Assembly (NCBI GenBank): GCA_043228905.1
Contig: JBHGNT010000014.1
Coordinates: 6,572,001-6,636,000, forward strand
DNA from: Azolla caroliniana
Lineage: Eukaryota > Plantae > Polypodiophyta
DNA: 64,000 nt
Reading direction: 5' to 3'
The notes beneath the pieces are model-generated. The model was not told where the DNA came from. It did no database searches and was given only the letters and a program-made list of their open reading frames with translations. The position numbers and the translations under genes were made by a program. Numbering within the stretch: the stretch's first letter is position 1; each line of letters opens with the position of its first letter. Of the stretch, positions 35,601 to 48,860 are shown in pieces.

Positions 35601-38600
35601 CAGCACATCCGATAAAGTCGGAACAAGCGGCGTTGGCGGTAGAGTGAAGAAAGACAAAGCTGAACGGAAGAAGAAGGCCAAGACCCGGACATGGTCTGAT
35701 GTGGTAAAGGGCCTGAAGACTGATGAAGAATTGGAGACAGCCAATTCGAATAAGAGTTGGAACAAATCAGATGCACCCAATTCAAAAGAGGTGGTTGATT
35801 CGGATGAGCCGGATCAACTCAAGGCCAAATGGACGAGGAGGTAGCGGAAGTGGACACCGTCATGGAGGGACTGACGGGTCGAGAAGCACAACAAAGGAGC
35901 TAATAAGGGCCGAAGGAACAAACAAGCCAACCGAGAAGGTTGAGATGCGTGGAACCGGACGCATTGCGGGAAACCGAACTGGACCAGACAAGGAGCGCGA
36001 GCCAGGCGGGAGGACGCCAAGGGGAGCTGGAGGAGAGGATTGGCCACCACAAACACAGACACTACGATCCAACCTCAAGTTGAGCTTGAGGGGGAGTGTT
36101 GAGCGTACAAGCTCAACCAGATCTGGATCGACTGATTAAGCCCGAGCTGGATCGGAGTCCAGAACGAAGAACCGGATCGGTGTTCGGATGGTATCTGAAA
36201 CTAGGAGCCGGATCGGATTGCAACTAGTAGGTCGTTAAAGGCCTATGAATCGAGCCTAGTACATAAGGATATTTTTAGGAGTTAGTGTCAGTCGCTCGTA
36301 TGAGCATTGAAGTACATGTCAGTACTTTTGTCAGTCCGTGTAAGGACTTGTATAAAAGTGCTCACTGAGCGCATTGTATGTATAGACCGTTGTTATTTTG
36401 AATTGAGTTGATGCTATTCTGCTCTCTCTATCTCTCCCGTGAACTATGTATTCTAAGCTTCCATTAAACTCATGTTTATTCTCTATTGCTATCCGGTGTA
36501 ACTAGTTTTGTCAAAGCTTCCGCATATGGCAACTATTAGCACTCAAGAATACCAATCAGTATTCTTGGAGCTGAAGTGCTTAAAAGAAAAGTTTTTAGCG
36601 CTAGAACAAGAAAATCAACGGTTGTTGGGGGATCTTCAACAAGAAGCAACAAACGCAACAACAACACGGAGAGTTGGCATTACATGTGCAACAACTTGAA
36701 GCAACCATTGTGCCATTGCAACAATAGGGAACAAGTACTCAAGGAATTCATAAGGAACCCAAGATCGATATTCCTACAAAATTCGATGGAACGCGATCAC
36801 AATTCAGAGGATTCCTTAATCAGGTACGTCTCGTGATTCAAATGCATCCTTCCCAATATCCCACTGGTACAACACGAGTGGGACTAGTAGGCACGTTGCT
36901 TAGTGGCACAACTTTGGCATGGTTCGCTCCTTTGTTAGAACAAGGATCTCCATTGTTAAATAATTTGGAGGAATTTATTAGCGAGTTTAAAGCTTGTTTC
37001 GGGGACACCGATAGAGTTAGGAAGACAATCAATAAAATCTGAAGATTGCGTCAAGGTGATCATCCAACCTCAGCTTACGCTGCGGATTTCCGTCTACTCA
37101 CCGCTGATATTTCATGGGATGACCTAGCGTTGATGGAGCAGTTTCGATATGGCCTGCAAAATGATGTCAAAGATTTTCTCCTAACTTTCCCCGAAGAACC
37201 AAAGTCGCTCACAAAGGAAATTAGTTGAGCGGTACGTTGCGATAACAGACTTTTTGAACAACGTTCAGAATGTCAGTTACAAATGCTAAGAACAAGGTCG
37301 GAGCTTACATATGCCTCAATCGTAGCAAAACCATTTGCAAGGGAGTCATATAATGCGTCTCCAGCAAATACTCCAACTCTGATGGAAATTCAATCTTCAT
37401 GGATAAGAAATTTTCCCAAGCTCATCAGATATCCCTAAGAAAACTCCCTTGCCCAGCTTCTGTAGTAGTCATTGATGGTCACTCCATTTGTTTCCGGAAA
37501 TATCGTAGAAGAGTTAGAGCCGATTAGTGTTGTCCTAAATAATTTGGTGTGTGTGGTATCATTTAATATAATTAGTAGTCCAGAGCATCCAATTGTTTTG
37601 GGATTACCATGGTTCAATGGCGCACCTATTTTATTTGTCAAGAAAAGATATGGCTCACTTTGTCTAGTCGTGGATTATCGTGGCTTGAATAAGGTCACCA
37701 TTAGGAATAGGTATGCAGTTCCCCTAATGTTGAGTCTTTTAGAAAGGATTATTGGCACAAAGTTTTTCACAAAAATTGAGTTACGAGGAGTATATAACCT
37801 CGTATGGATTTGACTGGGAGACGAACGGAAGACAACTTTCGCACATGTTGCTCTTTTATTCGTGTATAGTTGTCTCCTAGGGAAGCTAATTCGACCTATG
37901 GGACTCAATAAACAAGTATACGGTTATGCCGTTCGGCCTCACGAATGCGCCAACAATCTTCCAGCACATGGCAAATGATATATTCCGAGATCTTTTGGAC
38001 ATTTGTTTGATCATCTACTTGGATGATCTACTAGTTTATTCAAAGACATAGGAGGAGCATGATTCTCAGGTACTAAAACGATTACGAGAACATCGTCTTT
38101 ATCCAAAGCTGGAAAAGTGTAGGTTTGACTATAACTAGGTGGAATTTCTAGGCCATGTCATCTCCTCGGAAGGCATATCTATGGATCCAACTAAAGTCCA
38201 AATTGTGTTAGAGCGGCAAACTCCACGTTCATTGCGAGATGTGCAATGCTGTTTAGGATTTGCAAATTTCTATTGCAAGTTTATACAAGACTACTCAAAG
38301 CTTATTTTACCACTCACACATCTTACAAAGAAGGGACAAGCGTTTGCAGTTTGGTCTAAGGAAGTGGACACACTTTTGAAGGTCTCAAGAAAGAATTTAC
38401 ATCGGCTCCTGTTCTAGCTCATGTTGATCTGCAAAAACCATTTATCATCGAGGCAGGTGCGTCAGATTTTGCCCTCGGTAGTATTTTGCCACAACAAGGC
38501 AACAATGAGAAGCTACATTCCATGGCTTTCCACTCGCGCAAATTTGACGTCACCGAAATCAACTATGAGATACATGACAAGGAGCTATTAGCAATAAGAC

Positions 38601-40725
38601 ACTTTTGCACAATGGAGGCATTTTTTCGAAGTGTCTCCTCATCAAGTCACTATATTTAGTGATCATAAGAACCTTTCCTACTTCCAAAATGCTAGTGTGT
38701 TAAATAGACAACAAGCACGGTGGGCTCAGTTCCTCACTCGTTTCAACTTCAAGATTACATATCGTCCGGGCAAGCATCAGGGGAAGGCAGATGCATTATC
38801 ACAACGATCGTATCGAGCTCCTTGTCCCCGTGATCCAGTCTTTGACAATCAAAAGCAAGTAATCTTGGGCCAAGCACGACTTCAAGCAACCTAGGTTTTT
38901 GACACTCCATTGGATTCCCACATTATCGATACCATACGTGAAGATTTGAAGATAAATGTTTTTCCTCAAGCTATTCTAGATCAAATCGATCCCTCTCGAG
39001 CATCTTGTTCACGGTTACAACAACTAGATACGGATTATCGACAATTCAAATGTCATGATGGTTTACTCTTCTTTAAGAAAATTTTGTGTGTTCCCAATGG
39101 TTCTGTTCACCTTCAAATAGTACAAAATTTTCATGACACATACACAACCAGACATTTTGGTAGTACTAAAACATTGGATTTAGTACAATGATCATTTTGG
39201 TGCCGCATATGCGAAGATTTGTTGAAGACTATGTTCGACATGTGATACATGTTGCACAGCGAAGATGCCTAGGCATCATCCATATGGTTTGTTGGAGCCG
39301 TTATTGATCCCGAGCAAACCGTGGCAATCTATTTCTCTAGATTTTATCACAGATCTTCTGTATTCGAAGGGCTTCAATGCGATCTTAACAATGGTAGATC
39401 GATATACTAAATAATCAGTAGTTAAGAAACCACGGGAATTGTTATGTGTGAAGTGTTTCGACATCATGGTCTTCCTGACAGTATCGTGAGTGATTGTGGA
39501 CCTCAATTTGTCTCTAAATTTTGGAAGCATCTCTTCAAAATGCTCAAGGTCACTTCCAATCTCTCCTCCGGCTATCATCCCCAAACAGATGGAAAAGTAG
39601 AACGTACCAATCAAATGTTGGAACAATATCTTCGGTGTTTCCTAAACTATCAACAAATTGATAGGGTAGATATTCTACACTTTGTTGAATTTGCTTATAA
39701 TAATTCTATCCACTCTACTAGGGTTGCACCATTCTACGCTTATACTAGCTATCATCCTCGCTGGCGTGTGTTAGAAACTCATGAGTTACCCACAAATCCT
39801 AGCGCAGAGGATCATTTGGAGCGACTACGATGAATTCAGGCAGAACTATCTATCCATCCACATCGCGCCCAACAAACACAGAAGGACTATGCGGATCGTC
39901 ATAAGCTTCCATCCTCTTTTGATATTGGAGATCGAGTATAGCTATTATGATGGCACATCAAGACTACTCGACTGTGTGAAAAACTGGATTATTGACGGTT
40001 AGGCCCTTTCCATATTAACGTAAAAATTAATGATGTCACTTTTCACCTTGATCTACCTCCACAACTATGCATACATTTGGTATTTCATAGTTCTCTTCTA
40101 GAACCCTATCAGGACAACACTCTCCCAGATCATATTACACCACTGCCACCCCCGATCTAACTTGAAGATGGACCTGAGTATGAGTTTGCTTCCAACCTCG
40201 ATTCCAAGATAGTTCAGAACAAGCTCTATTATTTAATCGATTGGCTAGGATATAGTCCAAGCGAGCGTACTTGGGAACCAGTGACGAATTTGGTGAATGT
40301 TCAAGCTCTTCTTGAAGACTTCCATCGTGAATATCCAAACAAACCAGGTACTCAATCAAAGACGATTCGTAACACTCGTTGCTTAAAGGGGGGGATAGTG
40401 TCATGATATGGCATGGTATGGATCCAAAAGGATTTGAACCCATGACCTTGTGTTACAAGGGTTGAGCCCATACTATTAAACCATGAATTGTAATACCAAA
40501 AATATTATTTTCATTTATTATTTCACTATAGGAAATTCATGTTTATTCCAGATTACTCTGGAACGTTCTAGAATATTTATGAGTACTCCTGACAGTACTA
40601 TAAATAGAGGCACATGACATTTTTCAAAACCAATTCGGTTCAATGTCAGTCTTAAGCCTCCTAGTTGTTATTGTATCTCTCATATAATATAATATACTTC
40701 CTGTTGTCATCATTCTCTCTCTCTC

Positions 40726-43700
40726 TAGGAAACAGGTCCCTCCGGATAGGAAGTAAGAAGAACAATGTTGATGAGCAACTTGGCTGAGGCCGAAACCGGA
40801 TGTGGAGTACTCGGCAACGGAAGACCCGGTGAGAACCAGATGTGGAGTACCCGGCAAGGAAGACCCGGTGAGAACCGGATGTTGTTGGCCCGGTGAGAAC
40901 CTCTCACCGGATGAAGGGACATATATGTAAATATGTTCCAGAGAGCCCACTGGGGCTATATTTTGTAAATAGCCGAAAGTCATATTAGTATAAATATGAC
41001 CTAGGGCAAACTTAGTGTGTGCGCGTAATTTTCGTGTAACAACTGTACAGAGAGGGAGAGACAGAGAGAGCGATACAGAGTATGTCTTTGTTGTAACCGC
41101 CACCAGGCGAAGATCGTGAGTAGGAGGTCGTTGTCTCTGTGCTCCCTATTGTAATTATTGGCATAGTGATAGTTTGGAGTTTGTGGACTCCCGTGGTTTT
41201 TCCCTCTCAGGGTTTTCCATAACATCCTGTGTATTCTCTTTTCTATTCGAGTACTTACCTCTATTCCCATTTCTTCTGTGTTCGATTGTGATCAAGTGAT
41301 CTACGCTTCGGTCGTGATCGGAGATTATTCCGCGTATTTCCCTATCAATTGGTATTAGAGCGAAACGACAGAGAAAAATGGACGACTTGTTGGGAGGCAT
41401 GTTCAAGCTCACCGGCTCCAATTACTCAGTGTGGAAGTCGAAGATGAGGGACATGCTCGTGATTAAAGACCTTTGGTTGCCGGTTCAGTTCAGGGACAGG
41501 AGACCGGACAAAATCGGTGCCACGATATGGGAGGTGATGCACATGAAGACAACGGCGTACATACGGTGCTTCATCGATATGAGTCTATACAACAACTTCA
41601 ATGAAGAGAGCAAGGCTCATGAGCTCTGAGAGAAGATCGGCATTATGTTTCAGAACAAAAATGTTGTTAATCAGGTTTCGGTATTTCGGAAGATAGTAAG
41701 ACTCCGGTACCAAGATGGCTCCAGCATGGCGGAGCACATGAATTCCTTCCAGGGGCTGATCCACCAGGAAACATCATTGGAAGTACCTCTCACCAATGAG
41801 GTACTAGCACTACTCCTGCTCGGTTCCCTCCCAGATAGCTAGGAAATGTTGGTTGTCACTTTGGGCAACGCCGGGGCAGAAGGGAAACGGTTATCCCTAG
41901 CAAGAGTGAAGTCGAGCTTGCTAGATGAGGAGGCGCGTCGGAAAGACAAGGATACGAACTTCGACTCCAAAGCGCTCATTACCGAATCGGAACGCGGAAG
42001 ACAAAGGAACCGTAGTCCCCAGAACCGGGAGAAGTCGGGGACACGGTCAAAGTCAAGGGGGAGGCCTACCTGCTTCTACTGTGGCAAGCTGGGACACTTC
42101 CAGAAGAACTGTCGGCACTTCCGAAAAGACAAGGAAACCGATGGTACCGATTCGAAGCGGACACCGTATCGGAACGGTAAAGACCGGAGGGGGCAAACGA
42201 GAAGGGAACGATGGCAATCGCGGCAAGTGAAGAAGAGTTGATGCTCATCACCGAGGAGAGTGAGTTGAACCTTGCCGGCGACGAGACAACGTGGGTTGTT
42301 GATTCCGGAGCGTCGTTCCACCTTACCCCGGACCGTAAATACTTCTCATCCTACACAGCCAGTGATCATGGTTGTGTCCAGATGGGGAATGAAGGTACAT
42401 GCTGAATTGTCGGCATAGGAGACGTGTGGTTGACAACACCAACCGGATCCAAGATGCTGTTGAAGGATGTCCGACATGTTTTGGAGGTTCGATTGAACTT
42501 GATATCAGCCGGTTGGCTAGATGATGAAGGCTACACGGGTAGCATCTGGAACGGTGTTATGAAGTTTAGCAAAGGGAGCCTGATTGTGGCTCGGGCCCGG
42601 AAAGTCAACACACTGTACCTGATGAATGCCCGGTTATGCCCGGAAGAAGTGAATGTGGCTTCCGACACTACCGGTGAGCTGTGGCACAAGAGACTGTGTC
42701 ACATCAGCGTGAAGGGGATGAAGAGGCTTGCCGATGACAACCTCATTCCAGTGAAGAACATGTATCTTGAGAGGTGCACCGACTGCCTAGCCGGTAAACA
42801 AAACCGGACCTCCTTCCGATCGAGGCCACCGATGAGACGTAATGCACCACTCGAGTTGGTGCATACTGATGTGTGTCAAGTGGCCACGAAGTCACATGCC
42901 GGATCGCAGTACTTCATGATGTTCATAGACGACCACAACCGGAAGCTGTGGGCCACACCGTTGAAGACAAAGGATAAGGTGTTATTCGTCTTCAAAGAGC
43001 TCCACGCGAGAGTGGAAAGAGAAACCGGCCAGAAGCTGAAGGCGGTTCGAGCAGATAACGAAGGTGAATACCGGGGGTAATACGAGGAGTACTGTCGCTC
43101 GAAGGGAATCCGACTCGAATTTACCGTGCCAAAGATGCCAGAACTAAAGGGGCTGGACGAGAGGATGAACCAGACCATAATGGAGAGGGTCCAGAGTATG
43201 TTGGCGCATGCAAAATTACCCAAGAATTTTTGGGCCGAGGCGTTGTCGATAGCGACGTATGTGATAAACAGATCACCCTCAGTGCCCTTGGATGGAGACA
43301 TGCCGTAGAAGGTGTGGACCGGTAAGGAAGTGTCCTACCGGCATTTGAAGGTGTTCGGGTGTCTCGCGTACGCCCATGTTGCTAAGGACCGGAGAGGGAA
43401 GTTGGATCCAAAGACCCAACCATGCATATTCCTCGGATATGGCGATGATGAGTTCGGCTACAGAGTGGGGGATCCGGTTGACAAGAAGGCTTTCCGGAGC
43501 CGAGATATTATCTTCATGGAGGACAAGACTCTTGCCGACTGGGAGTCGGAGAAGAAGATAATGAACTCCGATGAGATTCGGACTCACTCGGCTAAGAGCC
43601 GGTTGACACTCGAGGAACCAGCCGGTTACGGTGAGGATACCGAACCGGCAAAAGAAGAAGTAGAGGAAGCTGAAATCGGAACCGGCCAAGACCCCGAATT

Positions 43701-45992
43701 GGATTCGGATGAAGAACAAATAGTGGAGCCGGTTGTCGAAGGCCAAAGAGAGAGATATCCTCTCAGAGAGAGAAGGCCCCCCCGAAGATATCCAGATGCA
43801 GAGCATGTGCTGCTGACCGATGGGGGAGATCCGGAAAGCTTCGAAGAAGCGAAGGATGACACCCACAGCCGCAAATGGTTAAGTGCCATGCAGGATGAGA
43901 TGGATTCCCTGCATGAGAACCATACGTACGAATTGGTGGAGTTGCCGAAAGAAAAGCGGGCACTCCGAAATAAATGGGTGTACAAGTTGAAACCGGGAGA
44001 TGCTGGCAAAGCCAGGATTGTGGTGAAGGGGTTCCAATAGAAGAAGGGCGTGGACTTCGACAAGATATTTGCCTCGGTAGTAAAGATGACCTCCATCCGG
44101 ACGGTGATGAGTATAGCGGCAAGCATGGACCTCGAGGTAGAGCAACTGGACGTGAAGATGACATTCCTTCACGGTGACCTCGAAGAGGAGATCTACATGC
44201 AACAACCGGAAGGATTTGTGGAGAAAGGGAAGGAGCACCTGGTTTGCCGGTTGAAGAAGAGCCTGTACGGATTGAAGCAGGATCCCCGACAATGGTACCG
44301 GAAGTTTGACTCCTTTATGACCGACCAAGGGTATCACAAAACGCAAACCGATCACTGCGTGTTTGTAAAGAAGTTCGAAAGAGGCGACTTCCTGATACTC
44401 CTTATGTACGTGGACGACATGTTGATCGTCGGATGGGACCAAGCCAAAATATGGATGCTGAAGAAGGCTCTCAATCGAACCTTCGCAATGAAAGACTTGG
44501 GCCCGGCAAGACAGATACTGGGGATGCACATCATCCGGGACCGGTCGAAGAAGCAATTCTGGTTGTCACAAGAGAAATACGTGACAAAGGTGCTTCAGCG
44601 GTTCAACATGTTAGAAGCAAAACTGGTTGGATCGACACTCCGGGCAAACTGCAGACTATCCAGTAAGCAAAGCCCTAAGACGAAAGCAGACAAAGCGGAT
44701 ATGGTGAAGGTTCCATATGCCTCTGCCATCGGGAGCTTGTTGTACGCAATGGAGTGGTGAACCGGTTTATGAGCAATCCCGACAAGGAGCACTAGAACGC
44801 GGTCAAATGGATACTCCGGTACTTGAAGGGCACTTCGAATATGTGTCTTCGATTCGGCTCCGGTAAACCTCAACTTTACGGTTTTACCGATTCGGACATG
44901 TCGGCTGATGTGGATACCAGCCGGTCTACATCCGAGTATGTAAAGACATATGCAGGGGGAGCTGTTTCATGGCAGTCGAGGCTGCAGAAGACGGTTGTGT
45001 TGTCAACCACGGAGGCGGAGTGGAGTACATGGCGGCTGTGGAAGCCAGCAAGGAAATATTATGGATGAAGGACTTCATCGGTGAGCTCGGTATCCGGCAA
45101 GATGAATACAGACTCTATTGCGATAGTCAAAGTGCCATCCACCTTGCTAAGAATGCAACATACCAATCCAGGGCGAAGCACATCCAATGTAGGTATCACT
45201 GGATCCGGGAGCGAGTAGAAGATCGAGAGTTCACGCTGACGAAGATCCACACGGCCGAGAACGGGTCAAATATGCTGACTAAAGTACTCATACCTGACAA
45301 GCTGGATGCATGTCAGAAGCGGATCAGACTAGTAAGGTATCCCATGCTGGAGTGAAGGGGGAGTTTGTTGGGAAACAGGTCCCTTCGAATGGGAAGTGAG
45401 AAGAATATTGTTGATGAGCAACTCGGCCGAGGCCAAAACTGGATGTGGAGTACCCGACAAGGAAGACCCGGTGAGAATCGGATGTGGAGTACCCTACAAG
45501 GAAGACCCGGTGAGAACCGGATGTTGTAGGCCCGGTGAGAAAATCTCACCGGATGAAGGGACATATATGTAAATATGTTCCAGAGAGCCCACTGGGGCTA
45601 TATTTTGTAAATAGCCGAAAGTCATATTAGTATAAATATGACCTAGGGAAAACTCTGTGTGTGCGCGTAATTTTCGTGTAACGACTGTACAGAGAGAGAG
45701 AGACAGAGAGAGCGATACAGAGTATGTCTTTGTTGTAACTGCCGCCAGGCGAAGATCGTGAGCAGGAGGTCATTGTCTCTGTGCTCCCTGTTGTAATTGT
45801 TGGCATAGTGCTAGTTTGGAGTCTGTGGACTCCCGTGGTTTTTCCCTCTCAGGGTTTTCCACGTTAACATCTTGTGTTTTCTCTTTTCTGTTCGGGTACT
45901 TACCTCTATTCCCATTTCTTCTGTGTTCGATTGTGATCAAGTGATCTACGCTTCGGTCGTGACCGTAGATTATTCCGCGTATTTCCCTATCA
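40726..45992 (+). mobile_element. Copia F (G-related), full-length and degenerate, inserted in the 3' LTR of chromovirus A
   Basis: LTRs 40726-41347 (about 3 bp missing at the tip) and 45366-45992; PBS TGGTATTAGAGC at 41350; PPT GAGTGAAGGGGGAG; CTCTC on both flanks; gag-PR-INT-RT-RH 41378-45355; ~39-bp tandem repeats in U3. Confidence 0.92.
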
Positions 45993-47835
45993 CTCTCGTG
46001 ATTCTCACACACTCTTTCCCTTCTTAGTACTAATCCTCATTCTTCTCCTATCTTTAGTACTAATTCTCCTTGCGTCGAGTACTATCCCTGACAACAACAA
46101 CTTTAACGAGGAGATAGATGTTGAAGTCATGTGGAAGAAGATCGGGTTCATGTTCGAGAACAAGAATGCCGTAAACAAGTCTCAATCTTCAGAAAGATCG
46201 TGAGAGTTCGGTATCAGGATGGCTCCTGCATGGCGGAACACCTGAACGACATCCAAGGATTAATCAAACAAACCACCTCTCTACCTCTGGCCGATGAGGT
46301 ATTAGCATTGTTGTTGTTGGGATCCCTTCCGTATAACTGGGAGATACTCGTTGTCACATTAGGCAATGTCGGACTGGAAGGGAAGCATCTATCCCTAGAG
46401 ACGGTGAAGTCGAGCTTACGAAATGAGGAAGCTTGTCGGAAGGATAGAGAGTCCATTACCAACCCAAAGTCCTTAGTCATAGAAGGTGACATGAATCGGG
46501 GAAGAGGCCGGAATAGAAGTCCCCAAAATTGGGACAAGTTCAGGTCGAGTTCAAAGTCGAAGGGAAGATTCACGTGCTTCTACTGTGGGAAGCTGGGACA
46601 CTTCTAGAAGAACTGTGGACACTACCGGAAGAACAAAGGAGGAGCTGATGGTGTTGAGCTGAAGAAGATTCCAGACAACAAGAACACCTCAACCATCGCT
46701 GCGAGCAAGGAAGAGCTATTGTTCATCAATGAACAAAACAATGTAAATCTCCCCGGCAAAGAATCAACATGGGTGGTCGATTCCGGTGCGTCGTTTCACC
46801 TGACCCCCAAGAGAGAATTCTTCTCATCGTATATGGCTGATGATTACAACTACATGAAGATGGGAAATGACGGTGCATGCAAGATTATCAGAATCAGGAA
46901 TGTATGGTTGCTGACCTTGACAGGCTGCAAAATGATGCTGAAAGTTGTACACCATGTTCCGAATATTAGATTAAATTTGATATCTGGCCGGATGGCTCGA
47001 TGATGAAGGTTACAACAGTAACTTCCGAAACGGCACGTGGAAACTTTGCAAAGGGAATCTGATTGTGGCTTGGGCTAAGAAACAAAATACATTATGCATG
47101 ATGCATGCACGGCTGAGCTGAAACAAGGTAAATGTGGTAGCCGACACAACTGGTGTGTTGTGGCACAAGAGGTTATGCCACATGAGTCATAAGGGTATGC
47201 AAATGCTCTCCGGGAAATAACTCTTACTAGATGCGAAGAATGTGCATCTGGATAAATGTGCCAAGTGCCTAGTTGGCAAACAAAATAGAGCCGCCTTTCG
47301 CCCTAGGCCTTCGATGAGGAGGAATAAAGCGCTGGAACTTGTGGATACGGATGTGTGACAAGTTGATGCAAAGTCACATGTTGGTGCAAAATAGTTTGTG
47401 ACCTTCTTAGATGACTGTAGTCAAAAGTTGTGGGCTTCTGTACTGAAGAAAAAGGTGTTATCCATCTTCAAAGAATTCTAGTGGAGAGCCGAAAGGGAAT
47501 CCAGATAGAAGCTGAAAGTGGTTTGGACTGATAATGGAGGCGAATACTGAGGGCAATTCGAAGAGTGTACTGCCGATCTCAAGGAATTCGGCTACAATAC
47601 ACAGTGCCGAAGATGCCGTAGTTGAACGACCTACCCGAGAGAATGAACCAGACTATTATGGAAAGAGTCCGAAGTATGCTGACACATGCAAAATTGCGGA
47701 AGATATACTGGGCTGATGTGTTGATGATGACCGTTTACATAATAAACAAGTCTCCCTTGGTTCCACTGGAAGGTGACATACCACAAAGGGTATGGTTCAA
47801 CAAAAAGGTGTCATACAAGCATTTGAGGGTAGGTG

Positions 47836-48271
47836 TGTTATTATAAACGAAGTGTTAAAGTAATGCATGTAACGGTTCACGCATGAAGCGTAACCGACTA
47901 TGCCTTACGTATATAAAGGGCCTAGGAACATTATAAGCAAGGAGTGTTTTTGGGAGTATAACCCGTCTAACATAGTCGTACTATTTTTACTAATCTTTGT
48001 GTTGATCATGCTCTATCTGTGTGTCGTCCTAAGCGTATTCGTTTTTAGGGTAAGTAGCGCCTCCGTGTTTAGCAACAACAACGTATAGTAGGTAGGAGCT
48101 CAGTTGTAGCCATATCGGGTTAACGTCTTACCTTCGGGAATACTTAGTGCCGTTCTACCTTTGTAGTACATTGAGAGTAGACATACTACTCTAGTCCATT
48201 ATCTATACCACAAACCCCCTTGAGCCATACCCCAAAGGACTAAGGGTGGGCCGTGTTCTGAATCGGTAACA
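47836..48271 (+). repeat. Probable Gypsy LTR (solo or fragment)
   Basis: TGTTA...CGGTAACA termini similar to the Gypsy I LTR end; TATAAA at ~47912; no TSD. Confidence 0.55.
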
Positions 48272-48285
48272 GGCACACACTCCCC

Positions 48286-48860
48286 GGACAAATGGATGGA
48301 GGAAATGTCATATTTCTTAAGTATGGGGCTGCCACCTCCACACATGTGTACAAATGAAAAGAAGCGTTTGGCGGTAAGAAGCCGGAATTTTTGTCTGCTC
48401 GAAGGAATATTGTACCATAAACGATGCGGCGGTATTTGGCGGGAGTTGAAATGGGCCTGTGGAGCAGACAAGCCGACCAAGGAGGTTGAGGTGCATAGTA
48501 CGGGACGGGTCATGGGAAGCGGAACTGGATCGGACGAGGAGCGCAAGCAAGGTGGGAGGACGTAAGAAGGAGCAGGATAGGCATATTTTTGGGAGTCAAT
48601 TACAGTTGCTCATATGAGCATTGAAGTACCTGTCAGTACTTTTGTCAGTCCTTTATGGACTTGTATAAAAGTGCTCTTTGAGCACATTCTATGTACAGAG
48701 TTACAGAGTGTTATTTTTTTAATAGAGTTTTATGTTCTGCTCTCTCTCTGTCTCTCCCGCATATATTCTCTGTGTTGAGCTTCCATTGAACCGTACTCTC
48801 TAACTATTGCTATCTGCCTGAGTCGGTTTGTCGAACGGTTCCGCACGTTTACTTTAACAA
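48286..48860 (+). mobile_element. Gypsy I-related RH/INT linker fragment (48286-48440) joined to an E/D-like Copia LTR fragment (~48445-48858)
   Basis: WMEEMSYFL...KKRLAVRSRNFCLLEGILYHK matches 10484-10620; LTR carries GCTCATATGAGC, TGTATAAAAGTGCTC and a TTCCGCAC...AACA end. Confidence 0.7.

Larger units (their letters stand above)
26060..36524 (+). mobile_element. Copia D (E-related) inserted in the gag start codon of chromovirus A; hosts chromovirus B; INT C-terminus deleted at ~33890
   Basis: LTRs 26060-~26481 and 36097-36524 (3' end clipped); PBS TGGCATCAGAGC at 26484; TSD TATGG at 26055-26059 and 36525-36529. Confidence 0.9.
19942..46093 (+). mobile_element. Chromovirus A (Tcn1-like Ty3/Gypsy), old and internally deleted; hosts Copia E, D and F
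   Basis: TGTCATG...CCTGACA termini; TSD ACAAC at 19937-19941 and 46094-46098; degraded gag-pol-chromodomain 36526-40398 homologous to 53485-58238; PPT before the 3' LTR at 40399. Confidence 0.9.
19157..47835 (+). mobile_element. Copia G (outermost element of the nest), 3'-truncated; own sequence 19157-19941 and 46094-47835
   Basis: LTR 19157-19729 with degenerate tRNA-iMet PBS at ~19733. Gag DMSLHN|NFNEE is continuous across chromovirus A (TSD ACAAC). Degraded gag knuckle, PR (WVVDSGASFH) and INT follow to ~47830. Confidence 0.85.
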
